Positions 45,181 through 54,094 of a DNA stretch of 64,000 nucleotides are shown here, piece by piece. The first letter of the stretch is position 1. Each line of letters opens with the position of its first letter. Below the pieces are notes generated by a model. It was not told the DNA's origin and did no database searches. It worked only from the letters and a program-made list of their open reading frames with translations. The translations under genes and the position numbers were made by a program. Source of the DNA: a virus; IMG/VR virus record IMGVR_UViG_2920580016_000001, positions 1,614-65,613 of that record, one strand, 5' to 3'.

Positions 45181-45858
45181 CTACTTCTTGGGCGCGGGCT
45201 TGCCGGGCTTGGCGGGCTCCTCCGGCTGCTCCGGCGGGACGGGCAGTCCGGCGTTGGTGAACGCCTGCGCCAGCTCGGCGCGGGCGATGCCCTCATCGAT
45301 CCCGGCGAAGAACGCGAGCGCGGGGTCCTGCTTGAACTTGGCCAGCGCGGCGGCTGCGGTCACGACCTGCTTGATCCGCTTCGCCTTCTCCGCCGCGATG
45401 CGCTCGGCTTCCTTCTTCGCCGCTTCGGCGTGGATCTCGGCGAGCTTGGCCAGCGGGTCAGCGCTGCCGACCATGGCCTTGACCTCCGCCTGAGACAGGG
45501 CGTGCGTCGCGATCATGTGGTCGGCGGGGATGCCGTACGCCTCGCACGTGGCGGCGATGCGTGCGGCGGCTCCGGCGCGGTCGGGCATGCGGTACCACGC
45601 GGCGCGGTCCGCTTCGCTGACCTTGTCCATCGCGGCGTACTCGGTCGGGGTGGGGCCGTCGTAGAGGGTGCCTCCGGCCTGCCGGATGGCGATGATCTCG
45701 GCCAGCGTGGCGCGGGCGGCGGGCAGACGGTAGGCGTTGATCATCGGGTTGTTGCCGGTGTGCCCCTCAAGGGCCTTGTTGAGGTCGGTGAGGGCGTCAC
45801 GGACGGCGGCGCGGATCTCGTCGGTGATGGTGAACGGGGCGGTGTTGTTGCTGGTCAT
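45181..45858 (-). CDS. Alanine-rich helical hypothetical protein
   Basis: GAGAGGA RBS; strong GC3 bias. Confidence 0.7.
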   Translation of the reverse strand: MTSNNTAPFTITDEIRAAVRDALTDLNKALEGHTGNNPMINAYRLPAARATLAEIIAIRQAGGTLYDGPTPTEYAAMDKVSEADRAAWYRMPDRAGAAARIAATCEAYGIPADHMIATHALSQAEVKAMVGSADPLAKLAEIHAEAAKKEAERIAAEKAKRIKQVVTAAAALAKFKQDPALAFFAGIDEGIARAELAQAFTNAGLPVPPEQPEEPAKPGKPAPKK

Positions 45859-45883
45859 TGCGCTTTCCTCTCGGGTTGGGTGG

Positions 45884-46621
45884 TTACTCGGTGGGGGTTT
45901 CGTTGTCGGAACCGCCAACGCGATCGACCAGGGTCTCTTCGGCCGCCTGGTCGGACTTGTGGCGGCGGTAGATCACGATGCACGCGACCGTGATCGTGAT
46001 CAGCATGGCTGCCAGGATGCCGCCGAGCCACGCGGGGATGTCGTCGCTGACGTGTGTTGCCGTGACGGGCGGCAGGCTGGGGCCGCTCGCGAGGCTGGCC
46101 GTGGGAATGGGCGACATGGCCCGCGTGGGCGTGGGCGTCCGTGACGCGATGCGCGGCGTCGGGAACGCCATCGTGTCCGCCGTGCGTGCCGGGGGTGGCA
46201 CAGTCCCCGTGAGCGGCGCGGGCGCGGTCGTGGTGACTGTGGTTGCCGGACCGGTCGCCGTGGCGGTTGCCGTGGTGGTGCGCGTCGTGGTGGCGCGCAC
46301 GGTGGCGGTCTCCGTCTCCGTCGCGGTCACGGTGCGCGTGCTCCGCACCGTGGCGGTCTCCGTCGTGGTGGCGGTGGTGGTCACGGTCGGCGGGGTGGTG
46401 GTGACCGTGGCCGTGGCCGTGGTGGTCGCCGTGGTGGTCACGGAGACCGTGACGGGGATGCAGATCACGGGCGGGTCCTGGATCGGACAGCCCGTGATCG
46501 TCGGGTCGGCCACGACGGCACGGGGCGCGGCGTGGCCTGCTGGTGTGGCGATCACGGCAGCGGCGAGTGCGGCGGCTGCTGCCGCCGTTCCCGCTGCCGT
46601 GATCGCTCGTGTGATCTGCAT
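45884..46621 (-). CDS. Thr-rich surface protein (signal peptide, Thr/Ala stalk, C-terminal TM plus basic stop-transfer)
   Basis: AHA-A-type signal; long (T/A/V)T tract; WLGGILAAMLITITVACIVIYRRHK. Confidence 0.7.
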   Translation of the reverse strand: MQITRAITAAGTAAAAAALAAAVIATPAGHAAPRAVVADPTITGCPIQDPPVICIPVTVSVTTTATTTATATVTTTPPTVTTTATTTETATVRSTRTVTATETETATVRATTTRTTTATATATGPATTVTTTAPAPLTGTVPPPARTADTMAFPTPRIASRTPTPTRAMSPIPTASLASGPSLPPVTATHVSDDIPAWLGGILAAMLITITVACIVIYRRHKSDQAAEETLVDRVGGSDNETPTE

Positions 46622-47119
46622 GGCTCGGAGCTTGTTCTCTGTAGGACATGTGTGTCCAGGTTTTGGACAAAATCGAGATCAATCGGTTACCGAGCTGGAG
46701 CTCCAAGTTGGCAACCCGTGTTGTCGTGCATGCGCTTGGCCAGCAGGAACGCCGAAACGGGACGACAGTTTCGGGCAGAACAAAACCTCTAGAAGTCAAC
46801 CAAAGTTGACGAGCACAGATTCGCGCCCACCGACCCCGAGGGCATGTCTGTGGGTGCTCGTCCCTACTCGCTCTTGTGGATCTTGTGTGTACGCGATTCT
46901 CCGGCCTTGCGATCGTGGCCTGGTCTCTCTGTGCCAGACCATGCCTGTTCGGCGCTCTCGCTCCACCATGATGAGCATTTCGGCGGTGTCTGGCGGTGGC
47001 GGCGCATCGCTCTCGCGTCGGTCGCGTCGCCTGCTGGTCGCCGTGACGGGACAAGCAGCAGCGACGAGGAGGTGAGTGCCCGGCTCGGCCTGGTCGGCTG
47101 GGTGCGGCTGATCGGTGGC

Positions 47120-47902
47120 TCAGGGTTTGGCGATGCGGTCGGCGGCGCAGGCTCGGCACGGTTCGGCCATGAACGGGTGGATGCCGCACATGCGGCCGAC
47201 GCCGCGGTAGCCGGCGGGCTCGTCCGGCAGGTAGGCGTGTGGGTCTCGGCGTAGGGCGCGTTGGACGTACCGGCCGGGGTTTTTCACGAGGGTGCGGGCT
47301 CTGCTGAGGATGAGGCGCCGTACGTGGGCGGCGTGCTCGGGGGTGATGTCTGTGGTGGTGAGTGGGGCGAGTTCGCGGCGGATCATCTCGTCCAGTTCGG
47401 AAAAATCTTGTCCGTCAATCCGTCCTTGATCGCCTGCATACGGTCCGTCAGATGAGTGATGAGAGAGCGTCAGTTGGGATGGGATGGGAGTGGGATGGGT
47501 TGGGGGGGCGTCTCCAGACGCGTCTCGCGACGCATCTTGAGACGCGTCTCGCTGTGCCTCGCGCGCTTCCTTCTGAGACGCCAGCCACCGCTCCTGACGT
47601 GCCTTTTTGGCCTCGCGACCCTCACGAACCTTGATCGCTGACGGCTGGTATTCGAGGTAGTCGTGAATCTGCCAACCGTCATTGGTTTTAGACCACAGAC
47701 CAGCGTTCACCAGCTCATCGGCGTACCGTCGCGGCGACGAAACGTCACTCACGTACATCAGCTCACGCGTCCCGATCACGCCATCGGTGAGGTTCGCGTT
47801 GCACCAGCACAACGCGCTCACGTACAGGCGGAACGCCCGATCCGACAGCGGCCGGACCTTCCGGTTGACCGGGAACTGGTCATCGACACGTACCCACGGC
47901 AT
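47120..47902 (-). CDS. Phage replication initiator (RepA/O-like)
   Basis: MPWVRVDD.F..N.K, LTDG.I, L..AGLW, W.IHDYLEYQPS; internal DNA repeats. Confidence 0.85.
   Translation of the reverse strand: MPWVRVDDQFPVNRKVRPLSDRAFRLYVSALCWCNANLTDGVIGTRELMYVSDVSSPRRYADELVNAGLWSKTNDGWQIHDYLEYQPSAIKVREGREAKKARQERWLASQKEAREAQRDASQDASRDASGDAPPTHPTPIPSQLTLSHHSSDGPYAGDQGRIDGQDFSELDEMIRRELAPLTTTDITPEHAAHVRRLILSRARTLVKNPGRYVQRALRRDPHAYLPDEPAGYRGVGRMCGIHPFMAEPCRACAADRIAKP
47473..47550. repeat. Putative origin: four 12-bp-period GACGCGTCT-type iterons plus a G-rich TGGGA tract inside rep
   Basis: GC(G/A)TCT at 47508, 47520, 47532 and 47544; GTTGGGATGGGATGGGAGTGGGATGGGTTGGGGGGG adjacent. Confidence 0.65.
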
Positions 47903-47929
47903 GCAAGCCGCCCTTCCCTTATGCGCGAA

Positions 47930-47969
47930 GTGGGGGCTCGTCCACCGAGGGAAGTGGTCGAGCCCCCAC
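47930..47969 (-). terminator. Hairpin upstream of rep
   Basis: GTGGGGGCTCG...CGAGCCCCCAC stem abutting the palindrome copy at 47970. Confidence 0.6.
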
Positions 47970-47993
47970 CGTAAGCGGAACCGCCAACGAACG

Positions 47994-48479
47994 TCACGAG
48001 CCCCCGAGGACCGCCATGGCGAGGCGGCGGACCGCGGCCGGGGTGGTGTCGTGCGCGTAGTCCGGCGGGTACACCTTGACGTTCGCCTCGCCGCCGCGCA
48101 CCCGGCCAGCGCCGACGAGGGTGCCGTCCGCCAGGCCGCAGTACAGGAGCCGGGCGTCCTTGCCGAAGCTCCGGGTGTCCAGGACCTTCGCCTCGTAGGC
48201 GACCGCGACCGCCACGAGCGTCAACACCGGAGGGATGAGCGAGCGCAGCATGGCCGTGTCGGCACCTTCGAGCGCGTCGGCGGTGAGCTGCCCGTCGCTG
48301 ATCCAGTCGGGCGGGAACACCGGCGTGATGCCGAACGTCCCCAGCGTGTTCGGGTCCTGGCCGGCGGGCACGCTGATCAGCATGAGGGTGGGTTGCACTC
48401 CCCAGTCTCCGGCGTCCTCGAAGTTCTGTTCCAGGCCGCGCACGTACTGCTCAGCGATGTCGGCGGTGAGTTCAGGCAT
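47994..48479 (-). CDS. Hypothetical protein
   Basis: Coupled early-operon gene. Confidence 0.65.
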   Translation of the reverse strand: MPELTADIAEQYVRGLEQNFEDAGDWGVQPTLMLISVPAGQDPNTLGTFGITPVFPPDWISDGQLTADALEGADTAMLRSLIPPVLTLVAVAVAYEAKVLDTRSFGKDARLLYCGLADGTLVGAGRVRGGEANVKVYPPDYAHDTTPAAVRRLAMAVLGGS

Positions 48480-48984
48480 GGCGTTGGCCGTCTTTCTGTG
48501 AGTGGTGGTGAAGGGTAGCGACGAGTTCGGCGCGGCGGTCCATCAGCATCCGGCCCAGCCAGTTCGCGCCCGGCTCCTGACACGAGTTCCGGCCGCACCG
48601 GCAGTCACCCCAGTGCTGGTCGTGCCAGGTGTTGCCCTCGATCAGGAGCGCGTTCCCGGTGCCGAGGAGCACCCGGCCTGCCGGGGTGTCGGGGGCGAAC
48701 TTGACGGTGAGGATCGTCCGCATCGCCGTGTAGCGGATGGAGGTGTCCCAGCCGGGCCGGAGGGTGACGCGGCGGCCGAGCCGTTTCGCCTCCCCCGGCG
48801 TGGCCGCCGCCATGATGTCGGCCCGCTCGGCGGGGTCGAGCGTCTTGGCGGCGTTGAACGCGTGCTCGGCGGTCGGGTAGGTGATCTGTCTCTGTTCCAG
48901 GTGGGAGTGGAGGGTCACGGGGATGCGTGCGAAGTTCGACAGCGCCTCGTACGGGCCTGCGAACCGGTCGATCACCTCAGCCAT
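48472..48984 (-). CDS. NADAR (YbiA-like) family protein
   Basis: LSNF, YPTAEHAFNAAK, TP.EAKRLGR, KF, L.EGN.W.D..WG, G.N.LG..LM motifs. Confidence 0.9.
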   Translation of the reverse strand: MAEVIDRFAGPYEALSNFARIPVTLHSHLEQRQITYPTAEHAFNAAKTLDPAERADIMAAATPGEAKRLGRRVTLRPGWDTSIRYTAMRTILTVKFAPDTPAGRVLLGTGNALLIEGNTWHDQHWGDCRCGRNSCQEPGANWLGRMLMDRRAELVATLHHHSQKDGQRHA

Positions 48985-49192
48985 GGCGGACACCTCCGCA
49001 TGTGCACGGCCCACCGGCGAGAGCACGCCGGTTCACCTCGGCGATGACCGCGAGGACGATGGGCGCGACCAGGTCGTCGGCTTCCATGCCGACCCGCCAG
49101 TTCGCGGCGGCGAGCCCGCGCCGGCCTGCCTCCATGAAGGGGGCGAGTGTCTGTGCGAGTTCGGGGGTGAGCTGCCTCTGTGCGTCACCCAT
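48977..49192 (-). CDS. Small hypothetical protein
   Basis: AAGGAGG RBS; overlapping coupling. Confidence 0.55.
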   Translation of the reverse strand: MGDAQRQLTPELAQTLAPFMEAGRRGLAAANWRVGMEADDLVAPIVLAVIAEVNRRALAGGPCTCGGVRHG

Positions 49193-49904
49193 GGTCGTCG
49201 CCTCCTTGCACGAGTCGCAGGCCGGGAGCGCCGCCCGGCCAGCCGCTCGCCTCGCCGTCGCCGTCGAGCACGGCCAGTTCAGGCGCAGCCTGGCGGCCGA
49301 GGACCTTCGCCATGACGGGCCAGTCGTCTGCGCACAGGCCCACCGAGGGCGGTTCCCAGCTCGCGCCGGCCGCCCATCGGTACACGTTGGCCCACTTCCA
49401 CCGCAGGTAAGAGGGGCCGAGGCCGCCACGGTTCGGCAGCGGCTCCGGCACCTTCCCGGACGCGAGCAGCGCCCGCTCGTGCTCCTGTACCTGGTTGGCG
49501 ACGTCGCGGTGTCGGGAGCAGTACCAGTCCGGCCTCCAGGTGCCGTCGTCCGGGTTGGTGACGCGGACGCGAATGGTGCCGCGCCGCTCGCATAGCCCAC
49601 TGCGTCGGATCATCGGCGCCGGACATGGCGCGTACCATGCGCCGCGGTCCTCGGGCTCGTACCGGGGCGCGTCGGAGGCGATCAACTCCCGGAGCTGGAA
49701 GTTGTTCCTGAGCCCGAGAATCGAGGCGGCGCGCTTCCAGCGGTCATCCTTCGGGCATCGTTCGATCGCGACGATCCAGATCCAGGTGATGACGAACATG
49801 CGGAAGTCGCCGCCCCGGCCGGACGTGGGGAAGCGGTCGTCCTTGTAGGCGCGGGCGATGAGCTGGTGGGCGTCGAGGATACGCCGGAGTTCACGCCCCT
49901 CCAC
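49185..49904 (-). CDS. Hypothetical phage protein (C/H cluster)
   Basis: PRYEP, C.APM.RR...C, WYCSRH. Confidence 0.7.
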   Translation of the reverse strand: MEGRELRRILDAHQLIARAYKDDRFPTSGRGGDFRMFVITWIWIVAIERCPKDDRWKRAASILGLRNNFQLRELIASDAPRYEPEDRGAWYAPCPAPMIRRSGLCERRGTIRVRVTNPDDGTWRPDWYCSRHRDVANQVQEHERALLASGKVPEPLPNRGGLGPSYLRWKWANVYRWAAGASWEPPSVGLCADDWPVMAKVLGRQAAPELAVLDGDGEASGWPGGAPGLRLVQGGDDHG

Positions 49905-50715
49905 GCCCGTTCCCTACCTTCCGCATCTCGTCCATGACGTTCTTGGCCGCGTACGCGAGGCGGCCCATCAGCTCCTCTACGCGGGCCTGCCGCTGCTGGA
50001 GCCGGATGTGGTCACGGCAGTCGGCCAGCGCCGACGCGAGCTCGTGCGGGGTCATCCGGTCCAGCTTGGTGCCGTCGCCCCAGGCGAAGTCGTCGAGCTT
50101 GGCGCCGAGCAGCTTCTCCAGTTCTTCGAGGAGGTTCAGGCGGCGTTGCACGTGCTCGGCCAGTCCGGAGTGGACGGCGTTCTGCCGGGCTTCGGTGACG
50201 CGCTTGTAGAGTTCGTCGCGGTGCCGCTCACGCACCTGATCCATCTCGGTCAGGCGGGCGTTGTCCGTCCGCCTGACCAAGGTGGCCAGCAGGTCCATGG
50301 TGAGCGTGAGCTCTTTCGCCTCCGCTTCCACGACCGTCTTGAATCGGCGGCGGATTGCGGTGGCTGGTGGCTCCATCAGCCCCCAGCCGGCGGGCAGCTC
50401 GTTCTGCTGGACGACGCCCGCGGGGGCTACGATCCAGAAGCGCGTGCAGTACGGCCACCAGGCGTCGGCCTTGCCCGGATTGTCCAGCTCGCGCAACCAA
50501 TCCGCGCGGGACACCTTGAGCTCGTGGACGTCGAGCGCCAGGCCGCGCGAGCGCCACAGCCCGATCCGGACTAGGTCCGCGCGGCTTCCGCCGGCGCCGG
50601 GTGTGCTGGCGGTGCCGGGGGCTTCCACTTCGCGGAGCAGGATCTCGCCGTCGCGGACGGCGCCGGGTTTGCGGTAGTGGCGTTCGAGTGCGTCATACAG
50701 GGTGGCGGTGTTCAA
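49891..50715 (-). CDS. MmcB-like PD-(D/E)XK nuclease with a coiled-coil C-terminus
   Basis: RADL...HELKVSRADWLREL..P.K...C.RFWIVAP...ELP.GWGL; TTG start. Confidence 0.8.
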   Translation of the reverse strand: MNTATLYDALERHYRKPGAVRDGEILLREVEAPGTASTPGAGGSRADLVRIGLWRSRGLALDVHELKVSRADWLRELDNPGKADAWWPYCTRFWIVAPAGVVQQNELPAGWGLMEPPATAIRRRFKTVVEAEAKELTLTMDLLATLVRRTDNARLTEMDQVRERHRDELYKRVTEARQNAVHSGLAEHVQRRLNLLEELEKLLGAKLDDFAWGDGTKLDRMTPHELASALADCRDHIRLQQRQARVEELMGRLAYAAKNVMDEMRKVGNGRGGA

Positions 50716-50858
50716 CGGGGCCTCCTCGTCCAGCGGAAGACGAGCGTGGGGAAGGGCAGCACGTAGACTGCGGCCGGGGCGATGTAGGCGCCGACCCACA
50801 GGTCTCGCGGCTCGATGTAGACCGCCAGGCGGCCGAGGGTGAGACGGCGCGTCGTCAT
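50712..50858 (-). CDS. 48-aa hypothetical protein
   Basis: Own translation MTTRRLTLGRLAVYIEPRDLWVGAY...; coupled at both ends. Confidence 0.6.
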   Translation of the reverse strand: MTTRRLTLGRLAVYIEPRDLWVGAYIAPAAVYVLPFPTLVFRWTRRPR

Positions 50859-51106
50859 GCTCTCTCCCCGAGGTGGGTGCGGACGGACGCGAGCGCGGCC
50901 ATCTCCCGCTCAGGTGGCGGATCGCACATGTCGAGGTACGCGGCGGCGATTTCGACGACGACGTGCAAGTCTTCTTCGGGCACGGTGGTCTGGCCGATGT
51001 TGTGCTCGACCAGGGCGCGGTATACCTTGGCAGCGACCTCGGCGTACGTCATGCCTGCGTTCATCGCGCGGCCGATGACCTCGGCGAGCGTCAGAGCGCT
51101 GATCAT
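50855..51106 (-). CDS. Small hypothetical protein
   Basis: ATGA-coupled. Confidence 0.55.
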   Translation of the reverse strand: MISALTLAEVIGRAMNAGMTYAEVAAKVYRALVEHNIGQTTVPEEDLHVVVEIAAAYLDMCDPPPEREMAALASVRTHLGERA

Positions 51107-51921
51107 GCTGGGCACCCCATCTCGAACAGCGGCAACGTCTTCACGGTCTCTACGGACTTGCGACGACGCCCAGCAGGTCGAGGCGAGCGGCGACGAATCA
51201 GGCCCGCCTCAGCTCGAAGCCGCAGCGTCCTGAGCGTGAGCGTGCGCTTCACGCCGTTCACGGTCTCGGTGAGGATCGACACGTCCTTGCCGTGCTCCTC
51301 CCGGAACCGCTGCTCCTCGTACTCGGCCAGGGCGTACCGCTCCGGGAACTCCCGCAGGGTGAGCAGCCACTGAGCTTGGCCCGCGCGGACGCAGCTGCCC
51401 TGGCAGTTGTTGTGACTGAAGCCGAGCTCGTACATGCGAGCGATGGCGATGCCGAGCTTGACGCACTCGGCCTTCATCCGCTCCTTGCTCCAGGTCTTGT
51501 CGTCCATCAGCGGGAACTCGACCCGCCACGGCGCCCATCCCTTGACGACGCCGGGCTTGCGGCGTTCCTCGGCCGCGTCGAGGCCGACGTACAGAATGGT
51601 GTCGGCCGGGTCGCAGTTCTTCTCCAGCCACTTCCGGCAGGGCTTCTGCTTGAGTTCCTTCGTGCATGGGGCGAGCCGGGAGTTGCCCAGGAAGTGCTGG
51701 TCGAAGTACACCTGGAACGGGTTCCGGCCGTCGCACACGATGGTCGGGGTGATGTCGAGGTGTTCGCTGGCCTGGCCGAGGAATCGGTACAGGTCGGGAT
51801 GCTCCCACAGGGTGTCGGCGAACAGGAGGACCACGTTCTCCTTGCCGTACTGCTGGACGACGAGGTTGGCTGCGTGGAACGAGCCGAGTCCGCCGGACAT
51901 CTGGATCACGTGCCGGGTCAT
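51103..51921 (-). CDS. PAPS-reductase / adenine-nucleotide alpha-hydrolase superfamily protein
   Basis: SGG.GS PP-loop, FADT..E..D.YRFL, C...LK..P, Y..GF.HNNC.G.CVRAG. Confidence 0.82.
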   Translation of the reverse strand: MTRHVIQMSGGLGSFHAANLVVQQYGKENVVLLFADTLWEHPDLYRFLGQASEHLDITPTIVCDGRNPFQVYFDQHFLGNSRLAPCTKELKQKPCRKWLEKNCDPADTILYVGLDAAEERRKPGVVKGWAPWRVEFPLMDDKTWSKERMKAECVKLGIAIARMYELGFSHNNCQGSCVRAGQAQWLLTLREFPERYALAEYEEQRFREEHGKDVSILTETVNGVKRTLTLRTLRLRAEAGLIRRRSPRPAGRRRKSVETVKTLPLFEMGCPA

Positions 51922-52316
51922 GACGGCCGGCCCGCGTGCCAGCCGCAATCCCCGGCAGAGCACGGGCGGCACTTCCAGCCGCTCGGAGTCCGTACCCAGC
52001 CAGACGTGGCTGCGGTCTCCTCGGCCTCAGTCTGCGACTTGCAGTGGTAGACCATGCACTCGCCCGGGTCGTCGCAGCCGTCGCCGCAGCAGCCGCACAC
52101 CACGTAGTAGCACGGCCTGTCGAGCTGCTGGACCACCGACGGCGGCGTCCAGTCGGTGTCTCTCGGGTCGTCCGGTTCGAGAGCCGCTTTCCGGGACGGG
52201 TGGTGGTACTGCTCGCCTGTCTCGCCGGGCCTGATCCAGCACGGGGCGGGATGCGTGAGGACCTGCGAGGCGATGACCGTGGTCAAGTCGGGACTGCCGA
52301 ACGTCGGAGTGCTCAT
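51918..52316 (-). CDS. Cys-rich (Zn-finger-like) protein
   Basis: CGCCG, H, W...CRPC. Confidence 0.6.
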   Translation of the reverse strand: MSTPTFGSPDLTTVIASQVLTHPAPCWIRPGETGEQYHHPSRKAALEPDDPRDTDWTPPSVVQQLDRPCYYVVCGCCGDGCDDPGECMVYHCKSQTEAEETAATSGWVRTPSGWKCRPCSAGDCGWHAGRPS

Positions 52317-52942
52317 CGGACGTCCGCCTTCCGGAAGCCCTGCAGGTGCAGCACCAGGCCGCCGGACGGTTTCCACCTGAGCGGCGCGGTGACTCGCACC
52401 CGGTCGCCGACGTCGAACTTCCCCTTGAGCCGCTGGTACTGGCGCGGGATCATCCACGCTGTGGCGGTGGCGCCCGCGTCCTCGAGAGTGAGGTGCGCCC
52501 ACAGCTTGCCGGTCTTCTGGCTGTCCTTCTCTTCGATGGCGATGACCGTGGCTTCGACGGTGACGGTCTTGCACCGGTCCTCGCCGGGGCGGGCGTTGAT
52601 GGCGGCCAGCGTGGTCACCTCGCCCTCCAGGACGGCGACCAGGCGGCGGGCCTGGCGTACACGGACGTGGTGGCGCCCGGCCGGGGTGAGAGCGAGCGTC
52701 TTCGTGCTGGGGCCGGTCAACTCGATGGTGATGAGGTCGTTGCGTTCGGCGGTGTCGATCGCGCCAGTGCCGCACGTGTGCTGCCCGGCCTGCCACCGGC
52801 CACGCGAGGTGGACTGGTAGGTAACTCGGCCGGTCTGCTGGTATTCGGCGCTTCCGGCGATGGCGTCGAGGAGCCGGTCAACGGCTTGCCCGAGCTGGGG
52901 GATGCGGATGTTATTGGGGTGCTGGTGGTGGGTGGTGGTCAC
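52313..52942 (-). CDS. Protein with a C-terminal OB-fold (DnaE-OB-like)
   Basis: KTGKLWAHLTLEDAG...P..Y.......VGD.V.V. Confidence 0.65.
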   Translation of the reverse strand: MTTTHHQHPNNIRIPQLGQAVDRLLDAIAGSAEYQQTGRVTYQSTSRGRWQAGQHTCGTGAIDTAERNDLITIELTGPSTKTLALTPAGRHHVRVRQARRLVAVLEGEVTTLAAINARPGEDRCKTVTVEATVIAIEEKDSQKTGKLWAHLTLEDAGATATAWMIPRQYQRLKGKFDVGDRVRVTAPLRWKPSGGLVLHLQGFRKADVR

Positions 52943-53484
52943 GGTTGGTCCTCTCTGATGTGGCGGATCAGGTTCTTGAGGTCCGGGTGCAGGTGCTCCT
53001 CGGGCTCGCCCATGGAGAAGGCGGCGCGGACCAGCCGAACGACGTGCTCGCGGTCGATGTAGCGGGCCGCCGCCTCCTCCGCCGGGCTGGCCCGCGGCTC
53101 GGTTTCGGGTGCGGGTTCTTCCTGCTCGTGGAAGTCCTTGAGCGCGATGCCGTACTCGCCGCGGCGGGTGATGGGAACCCAGGTCGCTCCGACGATGACG
53201 CCGTGGTCGATGATCGTGCCCCGGATGGTGCGGGGCAGGTCGTCGGCGAACATCGGGTACACGGCGGGGCCGTGGACGTCTTTCCACGTGACGTAGCGGG
53301 CGCTGCCGCGCATCCCGTTCGTGCGGTGGAGGTGCAGTAGCGCGGTGAACGGCGTCGGCTTCTGCCAGGTGATGGTGTCGGGGTCCACGCTGGCCGGGTC
53401 GCGGATGATGCTCCCGTACTGGTCGTACGGCACCGCGGCGGGGATGGCGCCGGGCTGCTCGTGCGCGGACTTGGCCGGGCTCAC
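52939..53484 (-). CDS. Hypothetical protein
   Basis: GTGA-coupled early gene. Confidence 0.6.
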   Translation of the reverse strand: MSPAKSAHEQPGAIPAAVPYDQYGSIIRDPASVDPDTITWQKPTPFTALLHLHRTNGMRGSARYVTWKDVHGPAVYPMFADDLPRTIRGTIIDHGVIVGATWVPITRRGEYGIALKDFHEQEEPAPETEPRASPAEEAAARYIDREHVVRLVRAAFSMGEPEEHLHPDLKNLIRHIREDQP

Positions 53485-53789
53485 GTCTGGTCTTCCTCTC
53501 GCTGGTGGCGGTCACGGATGCTCTGCGGCAGGAGGGTCCGTGCGAGCGCGGCCCCCCGCTGCGTCGCAGCGGCGGGATCGTCGGGGAGCCTGCGCGCGAG
53601 CGGGTTGACGCGGCCGGCGGGGGTGAGCCGCCAGCCGCGCCCGTTCAGGTCCGTCATGAACCGGCGCGCGACCGCTTCGGCGTCGGCACGCTGCTCGGGC
53701 GAGGTGGACGCCCATTCGCGCAACCGCTTGGCCAGGACCTCGACGGCCTCATCCATCGCCCGCTTCTGGAAGTCCGCTTTGGCACTCAT
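53481..53789 (-). CDS. Hypothetical protein
   Basis: MSAKADFQKRAM; AGGAGG RBS. Confidence 0.6.
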   Translation of the reverse strand: MSAKADFQKRAMDEAVEVLAKRLREWASTSPEQRADAEAVARRFMTDLNGRGWRLTPAGRVNPLARRLPDDPAAATQRGAALARTLLPQSIRDRHQREEDQT

Positions 53790-54094
53790 GACGGCTGCCC
53801 CTCCTGTTGGCGCTGGTAGGCGGCGCGGCGCAGCCGCCGTTTGCGCTCGGCCTCGCGGGTCTCGAAGCCCTGGCCGTACCAGATGCCGGTCGGCTCGCCG
53901 TGCCGCAATACCGTGCCCGCGTACTCGCGGCATTCGGGCCGGACCGGGCAGGAGCGGCAGACGGCGCTGGCTTTCGCCTCGCGCTGCTCCTTCTCCTCCT
54001 TCGTCTCGCCGACGTCGGAGCCCGGCCCGCAGAAAAGAGATGGGTGTTCGTTCTGGCACGCGGCCTGGTCGAGGAAGTCGGTGAGCCAGCTCAT
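53786..54094 (-). CDS. whiB: WhiB-family transcription factor
   Basis: AAC...CxxCPVxxxC (4 Cys); GIWYG variant of the G[V/I]WGG turn. Confidence 0.88.
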   Translation of the reverse strand: MSWLTDFLDQAACQNEHPSLFCGPGSDVGETKEEKEQREAKASAVCRSCPVRPECREYAGTVLRHGEPTGIWYGQGFETREAERKRRLRRAAYQRQQEGQPS

